Assembly (NCBI GenBank): GCA_965116905.1
Contig: OZ220732.1
Coordinates: 288,001 to 352,000, forward strand
Direction: 5' to 3'
Length of the DNA: 64,000 nt
Origin: Longimicrobiales bacterium
GTDB lineage: Bacteria > Gemmatimonadota > Gemmatimonadetes > Longimicrobiales > Gaopeijiaceae
Shown: positions 37,190-48,600 of the stretch, piece by piece
Layout of the letters: every line of letters starts with the position of its first letter
Position numbering within the stretch: position 1 is the first letter of the stretch
The notes under the pieces: model-generated
The model's database searches: none
What the model was told of the DNA's origin: nothing
What the model saw: the letters and a program-made list of their open reading frames with translations, nothing else
Made by a program: the position numbers and the translations under genes

Positions 37190-38218
37190 GTGAACGAGAC
37201 CCTGCAAGCCGCACCCGAACCCCAGGCCGACGTGGCCCTCGCCCGCCGCATCCAGGAAGGACGCAAGAAGATCCTCTCCGAGGTCCGCAAGGTCATTGTC
37301 GGACAGGACGAGGCGGTCGACCAGGTCCTGCTGACCCTTTTCGTGGGGGGCAACAGCCTGATCGTGGGCGTGCCCGGACTGGCCAAGACACTGCTGATAC
37401 ACACGATCGCGCAGGTGCTGGACCTGGATTTCTCGCGCATTCAGTTCACGCCGGACCTCATGCCGTCCGACATCACCGGGACGGACATCATCCAGCAGCG
37501 CGAGGACGGCAGCCGGGGACTTGAATTCGCCGCGGGACCGATCTTCGCCAACGTCGTCCTGGCCGACGAGATCAACCGTACGCCGCCGAAGACCCAGGCG
37601 GCGCTCCTGGAGGCCATGCAGGAACACCGCGTCACCGTGCAGGCCAACACCTACGAGCTGGATCCTCCGTTTTACGTCTTCGCCACGCAGAACCCGATCG
37701 AGCTCGAGGGGACCTACCCGCTGCCCGAGGCGCAGCTGGACCGTTTCATGTTCCACATCCGCATGGACCACCTGGAAGAGGACGAGGAGATGGAGGTCGT
37801 GCGGGAGACCACCGACGAGGTCGAACCGGAGCTGGGGGCGGTGGTGTCGAAGGCCGACATGATCGCCTTCCAGGAGCTGGTGCGGCGCGTGCCGGTGGCC
37901 GAGCCCGTGATGCGCTACGCGGTGAACCTCGTGCGGGCGAGCCGGCCGAATCCGAACGGGAGTCACGACTTCGTGAAGAAGTGGGTGTCCTACGGGGCCA
38001 GCGTGCGCGCGGCCCAGTACCTGATCCTGGGCGGGAAGGCGCGCGCGCTCACCGAGGGTCGCCTCACGGTCAGCTTCGACGACATCCGGGCCCTGGCGCT
38101 GCCGGTGATGCGTCACCGGATCCTGACCAACTTCCACGCCGAATCCGAAGGGCGCACGACCGAAGAGCTGGTTGCGAGGCTCCTCGAAGCGGTTCCGGTT
38201 CCGCAATCCGGAATGTAG
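37190..38218 (+). CDS. moxR: MoxR family AAA+ ATPase
   Basis: GVPGLAKT, RIQFTPDLMPSDITG, LADEINRTPPKTQAALLEAMQE, ATQNPIELEGTYPLPEAQLDRF. Confidence 0.97.
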   Translation: MNETLQAAPEPQADVALARRIQEGRKKILSEVRKVIVGQDEAVDQVLLTLFVGGNSLIVGVPGLAKTLLIHTIAQVLDLDFSRIQFTPDLMPSDITGTDIIQQREDGSRGLEFAAGPIFANVVLADEINRTPPKTQAALLEAMQEHRVTVQANTYELDPPFYVFATQNPIELEGTYPLPEAQLDRFMFHIRMDHLEEDEEMEVVRETTDEVEPELGAVVSKADMIAFQELVRRVPVAEPVMRYAVNLVRASRPNPNGSHDFVKKWVSYGASVRAAQYLILGGKARALTEGRLTVSFDDIRALALPVMRHRILTNFHAESEGRTTEELVARLLEAVPVPQSGM

Positions 38219-38228
38219 GGAGGGCCGC

Positions 38229-39137
38229 GTGACCGCCTCGCCCGCGTCCAGGGCGTCCTTCCTGGACCCCGACGTCCTGGCGAGAATCGACAACCTGGAG
38301 CTGCTCGCACGGACCGTCGTGGACGGGTTTCTGCAGGGGATCCACCGCTCCCCCTACCTGGGCGTGAGCATGGACTTCGCGGAGCACCGGCCGTACATGC
38401 CGGGCGACGACATCCGGAAGATCGACTGGCGGCTCTATGCCCGCACCGACCGGTTCTACATCAAGCAGTTCGAGGCGGAGACGAACGCCGACGTAGGCTT
38501 CCTCCTCGACGTCTCGGCCTCGATGGGGTACGGCTCCGGCGAGACGAGCAAGCTCGACTACGGACGCTTCCTGACCGCCAGCCTCGCGTACTTTTCTGCT
38601 GGCCAGAAGGACCGCGTGGGACTGTATGCGTTCGACGACGACGTGGTGGAGCACGTCCGGCCCTCGGCGGCACACCTGGACAAGGTCCTCTACGCCGTGG
38701 CGCGGGTGAAGGCGGAGCGGGAGGGAAGCTGGGACAAGCCGCTCGCACGGGTCGCGAACACCTTTCGGCGGCGCGGCATTATGGTCGTGATTTCGGATTT
38801 CTACGCCGACCCCGACGAGATCTCGGCGACTCTGGGGTTCTTCCAGGCCCAGGGGCACGACGTGGTGGCGTTCCACGTGCTCGATCCCGCGGAGATCGAT
38901 TTCCCGTTTGCGCAGGCCTCCAACTTCCAGGACCTCGAGACGCGCGAAGTCCTGCAGGTGGTGCCCGAGAAGTTCGTCGAGGCCTACCGCGGCCATGTGC
39001 GCGCACACATCGAGGAACTGGGCAGGGGCTTCGGACGGCACGGGGTGGACTACGTCCTCCTCAACTCGGGGAAGCCCCTGGACGAGGCGCTCTACGCGTA
39101 CCTCACGTTCCGGCAGAAGTCGACCAGGGTCCGCTAG
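38229..39137 (+). CDS. DUF58 domain protein (vWA-like MoxR partner)
   Basis: G.HRS..G.SMDFAEHRPYMPGDDIRKIDW, LDVSASM, VISDF. Confidence 0.95.
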   Translation: MTASPASRASFLDPDVLARIDNLELLARTVVDGFLQGIHRSPYLGVSMDFAEHRPYMPGDDIRKIDWRLYARTDRFYIKQFEAETNADVGFLLDVSASMGYGSGETSKLDYGRFLTASLAYFSAGQKDRVGLYAFDDDVVEHVRPSAAHLDKVLYAVARVKAEREGSWDKPLARVANTFRRRGIMVVISDFYADPDEISATLGFFQAQGHDVVAFHVLDPAEIDFPFAQASNFQDLETREVLQVVPEKFVEAYRGHVRAHIEELGRGFGRHGVDYVLLNSGKPLDEALYAYLTFRQKSTRVR

Positions 39138-39143
39138 CCGCCC

Positions 39144-41258
39144 GTGGGATTCCTGACGCCCCTCTTCCTGATCGCGCTGGCCGGACTGGCGATCCCGGTC
39201 CTGATCCACCTCACGCGCCAGGAACGCGGCAAGCCGATCCGGTTCCCCTCGCTGATGTTCCTGGAACGGATCCCCTTCGAGGAGACCGCGCGCCGCCGCA
39301 TTCGGCACTGGCTCCTCCTGTTGATCCGGCTGGCGGCGCTCGCGGTGCTGGTCGCCGCGTTCGCACGCCCGTTCGTGCGGGGCGGAAGCCTTGCGGCCAT
39401 CGGCGGGCCGGGTCCGGAAGAGGTGGTGATCCTGCTCGACGTCTCCTACTCGATGGAACTGGGCGACAGCTGGGGCGACGCGGTGGCACACGCGCGTTCC
39501 GTTGCCGGGTCGCTCAGGGCACAGGACCGCGCGTCGCTTATCGCCTTTGCCGAAACGCCGACGCTGCTGCACCGCTCCGAGAGCGACCCGGCGCGTGTCC
39601 TGGCCACCCTGGACACCCTCCGGCCCGGCTCCCTCTCCACACGCATCGCGCCCGCCGTGAAGCTCGCGGCGACGACCCTCGCGGCCTCGACCCTGTCGCG
39701 GCACCGCGTGGTCGTGATCAGCGACTTCCAGCGCACGGGGTGGCAGCCCGACCCGGACGCGACGTTCCCGGGCGCGGTAACGGTCGAACCGGTCGTGATC
39801 GGCGACGCGGAGGCCGGGAATCTGGCGCTCACCGACCTCGCGCTGCGGCGGCGGTCCGAGGGCGGCCGCGAGCGCGTGGCGGTCGAGGCGCGGCTCGTCA
39901 ACTCGGGCGCCGACGAGGCCACAACCGAGGTGTCGCTGTGGATCGACGAGAGCGAGGTCGCCACGGCCACCGCGGTGGTATCCGGCGGCGGTGCGGCCCC
40001 GGTTCGCTTCGATCCGTTCACGCTGACGAACATGTTCACCCGGGGAGAGGTCCGCATCTCCGATCCCGCAGGCGTGGGACTCCCGGCGGACAACACCCTG
40101 AGCTTCGTGACCTCGCCCGGAGGCGACCTCGCCGTGCTCGTCGTCGATCCTCTGGGCACGGGCGAGTCCAACCTGTACCTGCGCGGGGCGCTGGGCATCG
40201 CCGAGGACGCGGGCTTCACGGCGACGGTGCAGGCCGGCAGCCCCAGCGCGGCGCAGCTCGACGCCGCGGACGTGGTCGTCCTGAACGCGGGTCCCTTTCC
40301 CGGCGGAGACGCGGGCAACCGGTTGCGCGCCTTCGTGGAGGACGGCGGCGGGCTGCTGATGGTCCTTGGCGAGCGCAGCACCGTGCCCGCCGTACACGCC
40401 GACTTCCTGCCCGCAACGGTCGGTGGGGTGTCGGACGCCGCGGGCGAACGCCGCCTCGGTTTCGTGGACTATGATCACGCGGTCTTCGAGGCGTTCCGAG
40501 GCCCCCGGTCCGGAGACTTTTCCCAGGCTTCCTTCTACCGGACCCGCACCCTCTCGGTCGGCGACGGCCAGGTGCTCGCACGCTTCGCGGACGGCGGCGC
40601 CGCACTGGTCGAGGGCCGTCGCGGCAGGGGCCGGGTGCTCGTATGGGCGACGGGCCTGGACCGCTTCTGGAACAATCTGCCGCTACAGCCGGTCTACCTT
40701 CCGTTCGTGCACCGCGTCACCCGGTATCTCGGGGGGCGCGGCGAGGCGCCGCCCTGGTACCTGGCCGGCTCGACCGTGAACCTGACCACCTTTGCCGAAG
40801 CGGCCGGTTCGGTGGAGATCCCGGCGGGAGCGGCGGCGATGGAGCCGGGGGGCGGAGCCGTGGCGGTCGACCCCGCGACCTCCATTCTGCGGCTGCACAA
40901 GCGCGGAATCTGGGAGATCCGCCCGCCGGGGCAGCGTTCCGATCATCCGCTCGCGCTGGCAGCGAACGTCGACGTCGGCGAATCGGATCTGGCGAAAGTG
41001 GACGTGGAGGAGTTCCAGTCGGCCATCGGGGCCGGCACCGCAGCCGATTTGGCGACGGACGACGCGGAGGCCATCTTGGAGGTACCGGAGGAAGACTTCG
41101 AAAAGCGACAGTCCTTCTGGCGCTACTTGCTTGTCGCGGCCTTCCTGCTGATGGTCTCCGAGACGGTGTTGGCCAACCGCCTGTCGAGGAACAGAATCAA
41201 AGAAAGGGCGGGAGGCGCCCGACATCGACGCCCGCGGGAGGTGAAGACGGAGTCGTGA
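39144..41258 (+). CDS. BatA-type N-terminal membrane anchor + vWA domain protein
   Basis: FLTPLFL..IPVLIHL..FPSLMFL, AFARP, LDVSYSM, VISDFQ; C-terminal TM helix. Confidence 0.92.
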   Translation: MGFLTPLFLIALAGLAIPVLIHLTRQERGKPIRFPSLMFLERIPFEETARRRIRHWLLLLIRLAALAVLVAAFARPFVRGGSLAAIGGPGPEEVVILLDVSYSMELGDSWGDAVAHARSVAGSLRAQDRASLIAFAETPTLLHRSESDPARVLATLDTLRPGSLSTRIAPAVKLAATTLAASTLSRHRVVVISDFQRTGWQPDPDATFPGAVTVEPVVIGDAEAGNLALTDLALRRRSEGGRERVAVEARLVNSGADEATTEVSLWIDESEVATATAVVSGGGAAPVRFDPFTLTNMFTRGEVRISDPAGVGLPADNTLSFVTSPGGDLAVLVVDPLGTGESNLYLRGALGIAEDAGFTATVQAGSPSAAQLDAADVVVLNAGPFPGGDAGNRLRAFVEDGGGLLMVLGERSTVPAVHADFLPATVGGVSDAAGERRLGFVDYDHAVFEAFRGPRSGDFSQASFYRTRTLSVGDGQVLARFADGGAALVEGRRGRGRVLVWATGLDRFWNNLPLQPVYLPFVHRVTRYLGGRGEAPPWYLAGSTVNLTTFAEAAGSVEIPAGAAAMEPGGGAVAVDPATSILRLHKRGIWEIRPPGQRSDHPLALAANVDVGESDLAKVDVEEFQSAIGAGTAADLATDDAEAILEVPEEDFEKRQSFWRYLLVAAFLLMVSETVLANRLSRNRIKERAGGARHRRPREVKTES

Positions 41259-41288
41259 GCGATTCCGTGACAGACTGAAGGGGGGAAC

Positions 41289-44200
41289 ATGTCCATAGCG
41301 GACAACTGGCGCTCCAGAGACCAGATCCTGCGCGTCGTGCGGCGCGTCCGGCGCCGGTGGCGCCTCAAGCTCATCCTGCGGGGCCTTGCCCTGACCATCG
41401 CCGGGGCGCTGGTCACTTTCCTGGTCTCGGCGTCCAGTCTCGAATTCCTGCGCTTTCAGCCGGAAGCCGTGACCGCGTTTCGAATCGTCCTGTGGCTGGT
41501 TGTCGGCTTCTTCCTTGTTCGCTGGGTGCTTTGGCCCCTGTTGCGGCGCATCTCCGATGAGAGGGTCGCACTGTACCTGGAGGAGAACGAACCCTCCCTG
41601 CAGGCCCGTGTCCTGGCTGCCGTGGAGTCGGCCGGCAACGCCGACGAACTGGAGCGCTCGCCCCTCCTTCAGGAGGTCGTGAAGCGCGCGGTGAAGGAAT
41701 GCCGACGCATCGACTATGGCAGCCGTATCGAGCAGCAATCCCTCCGTCGCTCCGCGGGAGCGCTCGGCGGCCTCACGCTGGCGTCGGTGGCCGTCCTTCT
41801 CCTTGGCCCGGGCTTTCTTCGCCACGGCATGTCGGCCCTGCTCTTCCCGAACCGCTCGGCAGAGTCCGTCAACCCGTACAGCGTCGCGGTGACGCCCGGC
41901 GACACCACCATCTCACGCAACTCCGACCTCCTCGTCTCGGCTATCCTGCACGGCTTCGCCTCGGACGATGTCGTGCTCTACACCCGGGAGACGGGTGCCA
42001 ACGGCTTCGTCGACACGCCCATGATCGAGGACGGCGCGGGTGCGTTCGAGGGGCTGCTCCTGAACGTTGCCGAAGAGACCACGTATTATGTCGAGGCCAA
42101 CGGCGTCCGGTCCGGGACCTTCACCCTGGGCGTCGCCGACCTACCGGCGGTGGACCGGCTGGCGATGGTGTATCACTTCCCGCGCTACACGGGCCTGGCG
42201 CCGCGCCGGTTCGAATACGGCGGAGACGTGGCGGCCCTCGCCGGGACCCGGGTCGAGCTCGAGGTGACCTCCACGATCCCCTCGCCCGGCGCCCTGATCG
42301 TGATGGACGCGGGCGACACGATTGCCATGGAAGCCGGGCCGGAGGGCACCTTCGGCGGGGCGTTCACCGTGCGCGACGAAGGGTTCTACGGCATCCGCCT
42401 CCAGACGCACGATGGCGCATGGGTCACGGGCGCGCCGGACTACCGGATCGACGTGCTCACGGACCAGGGGCCGTCGATCTCGTTCAGCAAGCCGGGACGC
42501 GACACCGACGTCAGCGCCATCGAGGAGGTGTTCATCGAGGCGCGCGCCGACGACGATCTGGGCGTGGCGGACGTGCGGCTGGTCTACAGCGTGAACGGCG
42601 GGCCCTCCGACACCGTGCGGCTGTACGCCTCCGGGGGAGCGCCCGTCACCGAGTTGACGGCGAGTCACACGCTCTTCCTGGAGGACTTCGAGCTGGAGAC
42701 CGGCGACCTCGTGGCCTACCACGGGATCGCGCGCGACAACGCGCCTGCGCCGCGCGAGGCCATGACCGACATCTTTTTCCTGAAGGTGCGGCCGTTCCGC
42801 CGTGACTTCCGGGAAGCCGAGGGCGGGGGCGGCGGCGGCGGTGGTGGCGGCGGCGGCGGCATGGACCAGGACCTGTCGGCCATCCAGCGCCAGATCATCG
42901 CGGCCTCGTTCAACCTCGTGCGGGACCGCGACAGCTATTCGCCGGACGTGTGGGAAGAGAACGTCGTCAGCGTCGCCCTCAACCAGGAGCGGCTGCGGGA
43001 GCAGGTGCAGACGCTGCGGCAGCGGATCGTGAACCGCGGCATCGCGGGGGCGGACGAGACGTTCGAGCGGATCGCCGAGACCCTGCCGATTGCGGTTGAA
43101 TCGATGTCCGAAGCCATCGACTCGCTGCGGGCACTGAACCCCGCGGGCGCGATCGCCGCCGAGCAGCGCGGGCTCCGCCAGCTCCAGAAGGCCGAGGAGA
43201 CGTACGAGCGCTTCGTATCGATGGAGAGGCAGCAGGGCGGCGGCGGTGGCGGTGGCCAGCAGGGCCCCAGCGCCGAGGACCTCGCCGACCTGTTCGAGCT
43301 GGAGACCGACGCACTTCGCAACCAGTATGAAACCGTCCAGCGAAGCCAGCAGGAAAGCGCCGACCAGGGTGTCGACGAGGCCCTCGAGAAGCTCCGCGAA
43401 CTGGCCAGGCGCCAGGAACAGGAGCTGGAACGCCAGCGGCTCAGGGCGTCGGCCCAGCAGGGCGGCGGTGGCGGCGGGAGCCAGGCTGCCCGGGACCTCG
43501 CGGACGAGGCCGAAGAGGCGGCGCGCCAACTGGAGCGGCTGTCACGAGAGACGGGCGACCGCCAGCTGGAAGAGGTCGCGCGCGGGCTGCAGCAGGCGGC
43601 CGACGCGATGCGCCGGTCCGCGGCGAACCGCGGGAATACCGGTGTGACGGAGGCTCGTTCGGCCCTCGAGCGGCTGCGCGACGCGCGGGACCGCCTGGAA
43701 GGAGTGCAGGACGACCGCCTGGAACGGGATCTGGCGGACGCGCGCGAGCGCGTGGCGGGCCTGTCCCGCCAGCAGGAGGATGTCCAGAATCGCATGGCTG
43801 CCATGCGGCGGGCGGGGCGTCCTTCCGCCGACCAGGTCGGGCGGATCAATCAGACCAAGGAAGAAATGGCCGAAGAGGTGGGCGACCTGCTGTCCCAATT
43901 GGATCAGCTCGGCGCCAGCGCGAGGCGGGACGGCACGGCGGGCGCCAGGGAGCTGGAAGAAGCCGCCGAGACGATCCGCGAGACCCAGTTGCGGGAACGG
44001 ATCCTCTGGTCGCGCAGCCTGGTGGGACGTCAGGGCCAGGAGGAATACGCCGAGGCGTTCGAGGACCAGAATGCGCAAGCCATTCAGTCGCTTGCGAACC
44101 GGCTGGAAGAAGCCGCCGATGCCGTTGGCGACCGGGTCACCGAAGACCTGGCGACCGAGGCGCTCGAGTCGGCGCGGGACCTGATGCGAAGCCTGGAGTC

Positions 44201-44861
44201 GTTGGAGCGCCGCACGCAAAACGATGCGCGCGGTGGCGAGGGCAACCCCCAGGAAGGTGAGGGCAACCCCCAGGAAGGCCAGGCCAACGCCCAGGAAGGC
44301 CAGGGTGGCGAGCAGCAGGGCGAGCGTGGCGGGGGTAATCCCGGCGAGCGCGCAGGCGATCCGGGAACCCGGCAAGGGGACCCGGGAGCTCGCACCGGTG
44401 CCCCCGGACCGAGGGACTACGACGACCGTGTCGGCGCGGGAGGGCCACGCCAGTTCGACCCCGACGCGATCCGGCAAATGCGCCGGGAGATCCGCGAGCG
44501 CGCCGGCGACGCGCGGGCACTGGCGGGTCTGGTCGAGCGCGCGGGCGCGGACCCCCGCGAACTGCAGGCCATGATCGACGCAATGCGCATGCTCGACCGC
44601 CAGGGCACCTACGCCGACACGGAAGAAGTACTGCGTCTTCAGAGCGAGCTGGTGCAGACGATCAAGCAGCTCGAGTTCCGTCTGCGGCGTGAGTTCGCCG
44701 CCGGCGACGAGGAGCGGATCTTCCTGTACCAGTCCGGAGACGTCCCCGAGGAATACCGCGCCCTGGTCGAGGAATACTATCGTGCACTGTCGCGCGACGA
44801 GGGCAGCCGGGCGCGTGACGGCGCGAACCGGGGAGGCAACCCCGGAAACAATCGGCCGTGA
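41289..44861 (+). CDS. large membrane protein with Ig-like middle and long Gln/Glu-rich coiled coil (DUF4175-like)
   Basis: N-terminal TM helices; P.YTGL, D..P.I.F..PGRD, ARADDDLGV; Gly/Gln linkers; C-terminal VPEEYRALVEEYYRAL. Confidence 0.82.
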   Translation: MSIADNWRSRDQILRVVRRVRRRWRLKLILRGLALTIAGALVTFLVSASSLEFLRFQPEAVTAFRIVLWLVVGFFLVRWVLWPLLRRISDERVALYLEENEPSLQARVLAAVESAGNADELERSPLLQEVVKRAVKECRRIDYGSRIEQQSLRRSAGALGGLTLASVAVLLLGPGFLRHGMSALLFPNRSAESVNPYSVAVTPGDTTISRNSDLLVSAILHGFASDDVVLYTRETGANGFVDTPMIEDGAGAFEGLLLNVAEETTYYVEANGVRSGTFTLGVADLPAVDRLAMVYHFPRYTGLAPRRFEYGGDVAALAGTRVELEVTSTIPSPGALIVMDAGDTIAMEAGPEGTFGGAFTVRDEGFYGIRLQTHDGAWVTGAPDYRIDVLTDQGPSISFSKPGRDTDVSAIEEVFIEARADDDLGVADVRLVYSVNGGPSDTVRLYASGGAPVTELTASHTLFLEDFELETGDLVAYHGIARDNAPAPREAMTDIFFLKVRPFRRDFREAEGGGGGGGGGGGGGMDQDLSAIQRQIIAASFNLVRDRDSYSPDVWEENVVSVALNQERLREQVQTLRQRIVNRGIAGADETFERIAETLPIAVESMSEAIDSLRALNPAGAIAAEQRGLRQLQKAEETYERFVSMERQQGGGGGGGQQGPSAEDLADLFELETDALRNQYETVQRSQQESADQGVDEALEKLRELARRQEQELERQRLRASAQQGGGGGGSQAARDLADEAEEAARQLERLSRETGDRQLEEVARGLQQAADAMRRSAANRGNTGVTEARSALERLRDARDRLEGVQDDRLERDLADARERVAGLSRQQEDVQNRMAAMRRAGRPSADQVGRINQTKEEMAEEVGDLLSQLDQLGASARRDGTAGARELEEAAETIRETQLRERILWSRSLVGRQGQEEYAEAFEDQNAQAIQSLANRLEEAADAVGDRVTEDLATEALESARDLMRSLESLERRTQNDARGGEGNPQEGEGNPQEGQANAQEGQGGEQQGERGGGNPGERAGDPGTRQGDPGARTGAPGPRDYDDRVGAGGPRQFDPDAIRQMRREIRERAGDARALAGLVERAGADPRELQAMIDAMRMLDRQGTYADTEEVLRLQSELVQTIKQLEFRLRREFAAGDEERIFLYQSGDVPEEYRALVEEYYRALSRDEGSRARDGANRGGNPGNNRP

Positions 44862-45676
44862 AGAACGGATCAGCGGCAGCTCCCGGCACTCGGACGATCG
44901 CGCTGTCCGTAGACATCGGCGCGTCGCCCGAGTCGGTGTGGCAAGCGCTGTCGGAGAGCGACCGGCTCGCCAGCTGGTTCTCGCCCATCGCTTCGGTCGA
45001 CCCGGGGGAGGGCGGCACGGTCACCGTGGCCTGGGCGGAGGGAGCCGCGTGGACGAGCGACATTGCGGTGTGGCGTCCCGCCGAACACCTGCAGCTCGTC
45101 GACAATCCGCCCGAAGACGCAGCCGCGGAGGGTGCCGTTCCCATGGTCCTCGACTACCACCTGGAGCCGCGCGAGGGCGGCACGCGTGTGCATCTCGTCA
45201 ACTCGGGACTGTTGGCCAGCAAGGACTGGGACGACGCGTTCCACATGATGACCAACGGCTGGCGCTTCTTCCTCTGGAACCTCAGGCACTACCTGGAGCG
45301 CCATTCGGACACGCGCCGCACCATGATCAGCGAGCGGCCCTGGGTGACGGGGACGCGCGACGTCGTCTGGGACACGATCTTCGGGAAGGACGGCGTCGGG
45401 ACCGTGCCCGCGCGGACGGGCGACGCGTTCAGCCTTCGCCTCGATGACGGCACGGCGCTGGAGGGGACAACCGTACTGTCCGACCGCCCCTGGGCGTTCG
45501 CCGGAATGGTGAGCTCGCTGAACGACGGCATACTGCACGTCGAACTGGAAGGCTCCGGCGAGCGATGGAAGATGGGTGTGTGGCTTTCGGCCTACGGATT
45601 GGATGAAGAGCGATGCAGCAAGACCGGCAAGGCCCTCGAACAAACGATATCGCGGCTCTTCCCCGGGCAGGAGTGA
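44858..45676 (+). CDS. SRPBCC/AHSA1 domain protein
   Basis: IGASPESVWQALS..WF, GGTRVHLVNSG, GWRFFLWNLRHYLE. Confidence 0.85.
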   Translation: MKNGSAAAPGTRTIALSVDIGASPESVWQALSESDRLASWFSPIASVDPGEGGTVTVAWAEGAAWTSDIAVWRPAEHLQLVDNPPEDAAAEGAVPMVLDYHLEPREGGTRVHLVNSGLLASKDWDDAFHMMTNGWRFFLWNLRHYLERHSDTRRTMISERPWVTGTRDVVWDTIFGKDGVGTVPARTGDAFSLRLDDGTALEGTTVLSDRPWAFAGMVSSLNDGILHVELEGSGERWKMGVWLSAYGLDEERCSKTGKALEQTISRLFPGQE

Positions 45677-48600
45677 TGGCGACGGCCCGGCGCCGGGGCG
45701 TTCGCATGCTCCTGGCGGCCGGGCTGTGCGCGACCACGCTCAACCCGGCACCCCGCCCCCTCGGCGCCCAGGAAGCCGGCGAGGACGAGACCCATCCCCA
45801 GCAGGAGGGCCTCCCCCTCGTCCCCGGGCGCACCATCTCCACAAGCTTCACCGAGGGCTCGTGGATGTCGGTCGATGTCAGCCCCGACGGCCAGACCGTG
45901 GTCTTCGACTTCCTCGGCGACCTCTACACGATGCCGATCACCGGGGGCACCGCCACGCCGCTCACCCGGGGCATGGCCTTCGACGGGCAGCCCCGCTTCA
46001 GCCCCGACGGCACCCGCGTCGTCTTCACCTCGGACAGGAGCGGCGGCGAGGGGATCCACATCATCTCGCTCGACAAGAGCGACACGGTGCAGGTCACGCA
46101 GGGCAAGTCGAGCTCCTACCAGTCCCCCGAGTGGACCCCCGACGGCGACTACGTGATCGCCACCAGGCAGGGCCCGGGCCAAGGCAAGCTGTGGCTCTAC
46201 CACGTCGACGGCGGCACGGGGATCCAGCTCATCGACGAGCCCGCCAACCGCCGCACCACCGGCGCCGCCTTCGGAAACAACGGGCGCTACATCTGGTACG
46301 CGTACCGCACCGGCAGCTGGGAGTACAACTCGGCGATGCGGCAATACCAGCTCGCCGTCTACGACCGCGAGACCGGCGAATCCGCCACCCGCTCGTTCCG
46401 CTACGGCGGCGCCTTCCGCCCGACGCTCAGCCCCGATGGCCGCTGGCTGGTCTACGGTTCCCGGCACATCGCGGACACCGGCCTCCGCATCCGCGATCTC
46501 GACACGGGCGACGAGCGCTGGCTGGCCTTCCCCGTGCAGCGCGACGACCAGGAGTCTCGCGCCACCCGCGACGCCTACCCCGGGATGTCCTTCACCCCGG
46601 ACTCGCGCGAGGTGATCGCCTACTACGGCGGCGGCCTGTGGCGCGTTCCCGTCGACGGCTCCGAACCCACGCCGATCCCCTTCCGCGTCGACGTGGACAT
46701 GGCGATCGGCCCCGATGTCGACTTCGACTACCGTATCGAGGACACCGAGACCTTCGTCGCCAAGCAGGTCCGCGACGCCGTGCCTTCGCCCAGCGGCGAC
46801 CGCATCGCGTTCTCGCTGCTCGCCCGCGTCTACGTCATGGAGTGGCCCGGTGGAACGCCCGAGCGCCTCACCGGGTCCGACGCCAACGAGCACATGCCCA
46901 CCTGGTCGCCCGACGGCGAGGACATCGCCTACACCACCTGGGACGACGCCACCGGCGGACACCTCTACCGCGTGGACTCGGGCGGCGGCGACCCCACCCG
47001 CCTCACCACCGCGCCGGGGCTCTACAACAACCCCGTATGGTCACCCGACGGTGAGCGCATCATCGCGGTGCGCGGTCCCGGCCGCGCCTACGACGAGGCC
47101 CTGACCCGCGGCGTCCCCGGCGGCGCCGACGACCTCGTGTGGATCCCGGCCACGGGCGGCGACGCGACGGTGATCGCCCCGGCGCGCGACGGCAACCACC
47201 ACTTCACGAGCAACGCTGATCGCATCTACGCATACAATCCCGGCGACGGCCTCGTCTCCTTCCGCTGGGACGGCACCGACCGCAAGCAGCACGTGCGCGT
47301 GGTGGGCGCCGGTCCCCCCGGCTCGAGCACGCCGCCCCCCGCGACGCTCGTCACCATGGCCCCGCGTGGCGACCAGGCGCTCGCCCGCGTGTACAACCAC
47401 CTCTACACGGTCACGGTGCCCGTGGTGGGCGGCGACGTCCCCACCATCAACGTCGGCAACCCCGACAACGCCTCGGTCCCGGCACGCCAGGTCACCGAGA
47501 TCGGCGGCGAGTTCCCGGCGTGGGCATCGGACGGCCGCAAGATCCACTGGACGATCGGCAACGCCCACCTCGTGTACGACCTCGACGCCGCGCGCGCCTT
47601 CGAGGACTCGGTCGCAGCGGCGGCGGAGTCGGACGAGGGCGGGGACGACCCCGGCGCAGCGCAGGCTGAGGAGGAGGAAGAGGGCGAGAGCAGCGACGAG
47701 TCCGACACCGAGCACGACGCCCCCCGCTACGCCCCGGAGGAAGTTCGCATCCGCGTCGAATTCCCCCGCGACATCCCCAGCGGCGTGGCCGTCCTGTCGG
47801 GAGCGCGAGTCGTGACCATGAACGGCGACGAGGTGCTGGAGCGGGGCGACATCGTCGTGCGCAACAACCGCATCGCCGAGGTGGGGGCCACGGGTACGGT
47901 CGCCCACCCGGATGAGGCGACCGTGATCGACCTTGCGGGCAAGACCATCGTGCCCGGCTTCGTCGACACGCACGCCCACCTGAGGGCCCAGATCAACATC
48001 CTCCGTACCCAGCCGTGGTCCTACGCGGCCAACCTGGCCTACGGCGTGACCACCACCCGGGATCCCCAGACCGGCACCACCGACGTCATCAGCTACGAGG
48101 ACCTGGTGCGCGCGGGACGGATCCTGTCGCCGCGCATCTATTCGACCGGCCCCGGCGTCTTCTCGTCCGAGAACGTGAAGGACCTGGACCATGCACGGCA
48201 TGTGCTGCGCCGATACAGCGACTACTACGACACCAAGACGATCAAGATGTACGCTGCGGGCAACCGCGAGCAGCGCCAGTGGATACTCCAGGCGGCCCGC
48301 GAACTGGAGCTGATGCCCACGACCGAGGGCGGCCTCGACACCAAGGTCAACATGACGATGGCCATCGACGGCTACTCGGGGGTGGAGCACAACATGCCGG
48401 GCTTCCCGATGTACGCCGACATGGTCGAACTCGTGGCGCGCTCCACGATGGCCTACACGCCCACGATCCTCGTCACCTACGGCGGCCCCTGGGCCGAGAA
48501 CTACTTCTACGTAACCGAGGACGTGCTCGGCGACGAGAAGCTCGCGCGTTTCACGCCCATGGAGGAGATCCTCCAGAAGGCGCTGCGCCGTCCCGGACCC

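Noticed and set aside
42824..42860. Poly-Gly GGC runs in the coiled-coil protein as contingency loci
   Set aside because: In-frame low-complexity linkers with mixed codons; no phase-variation signature.
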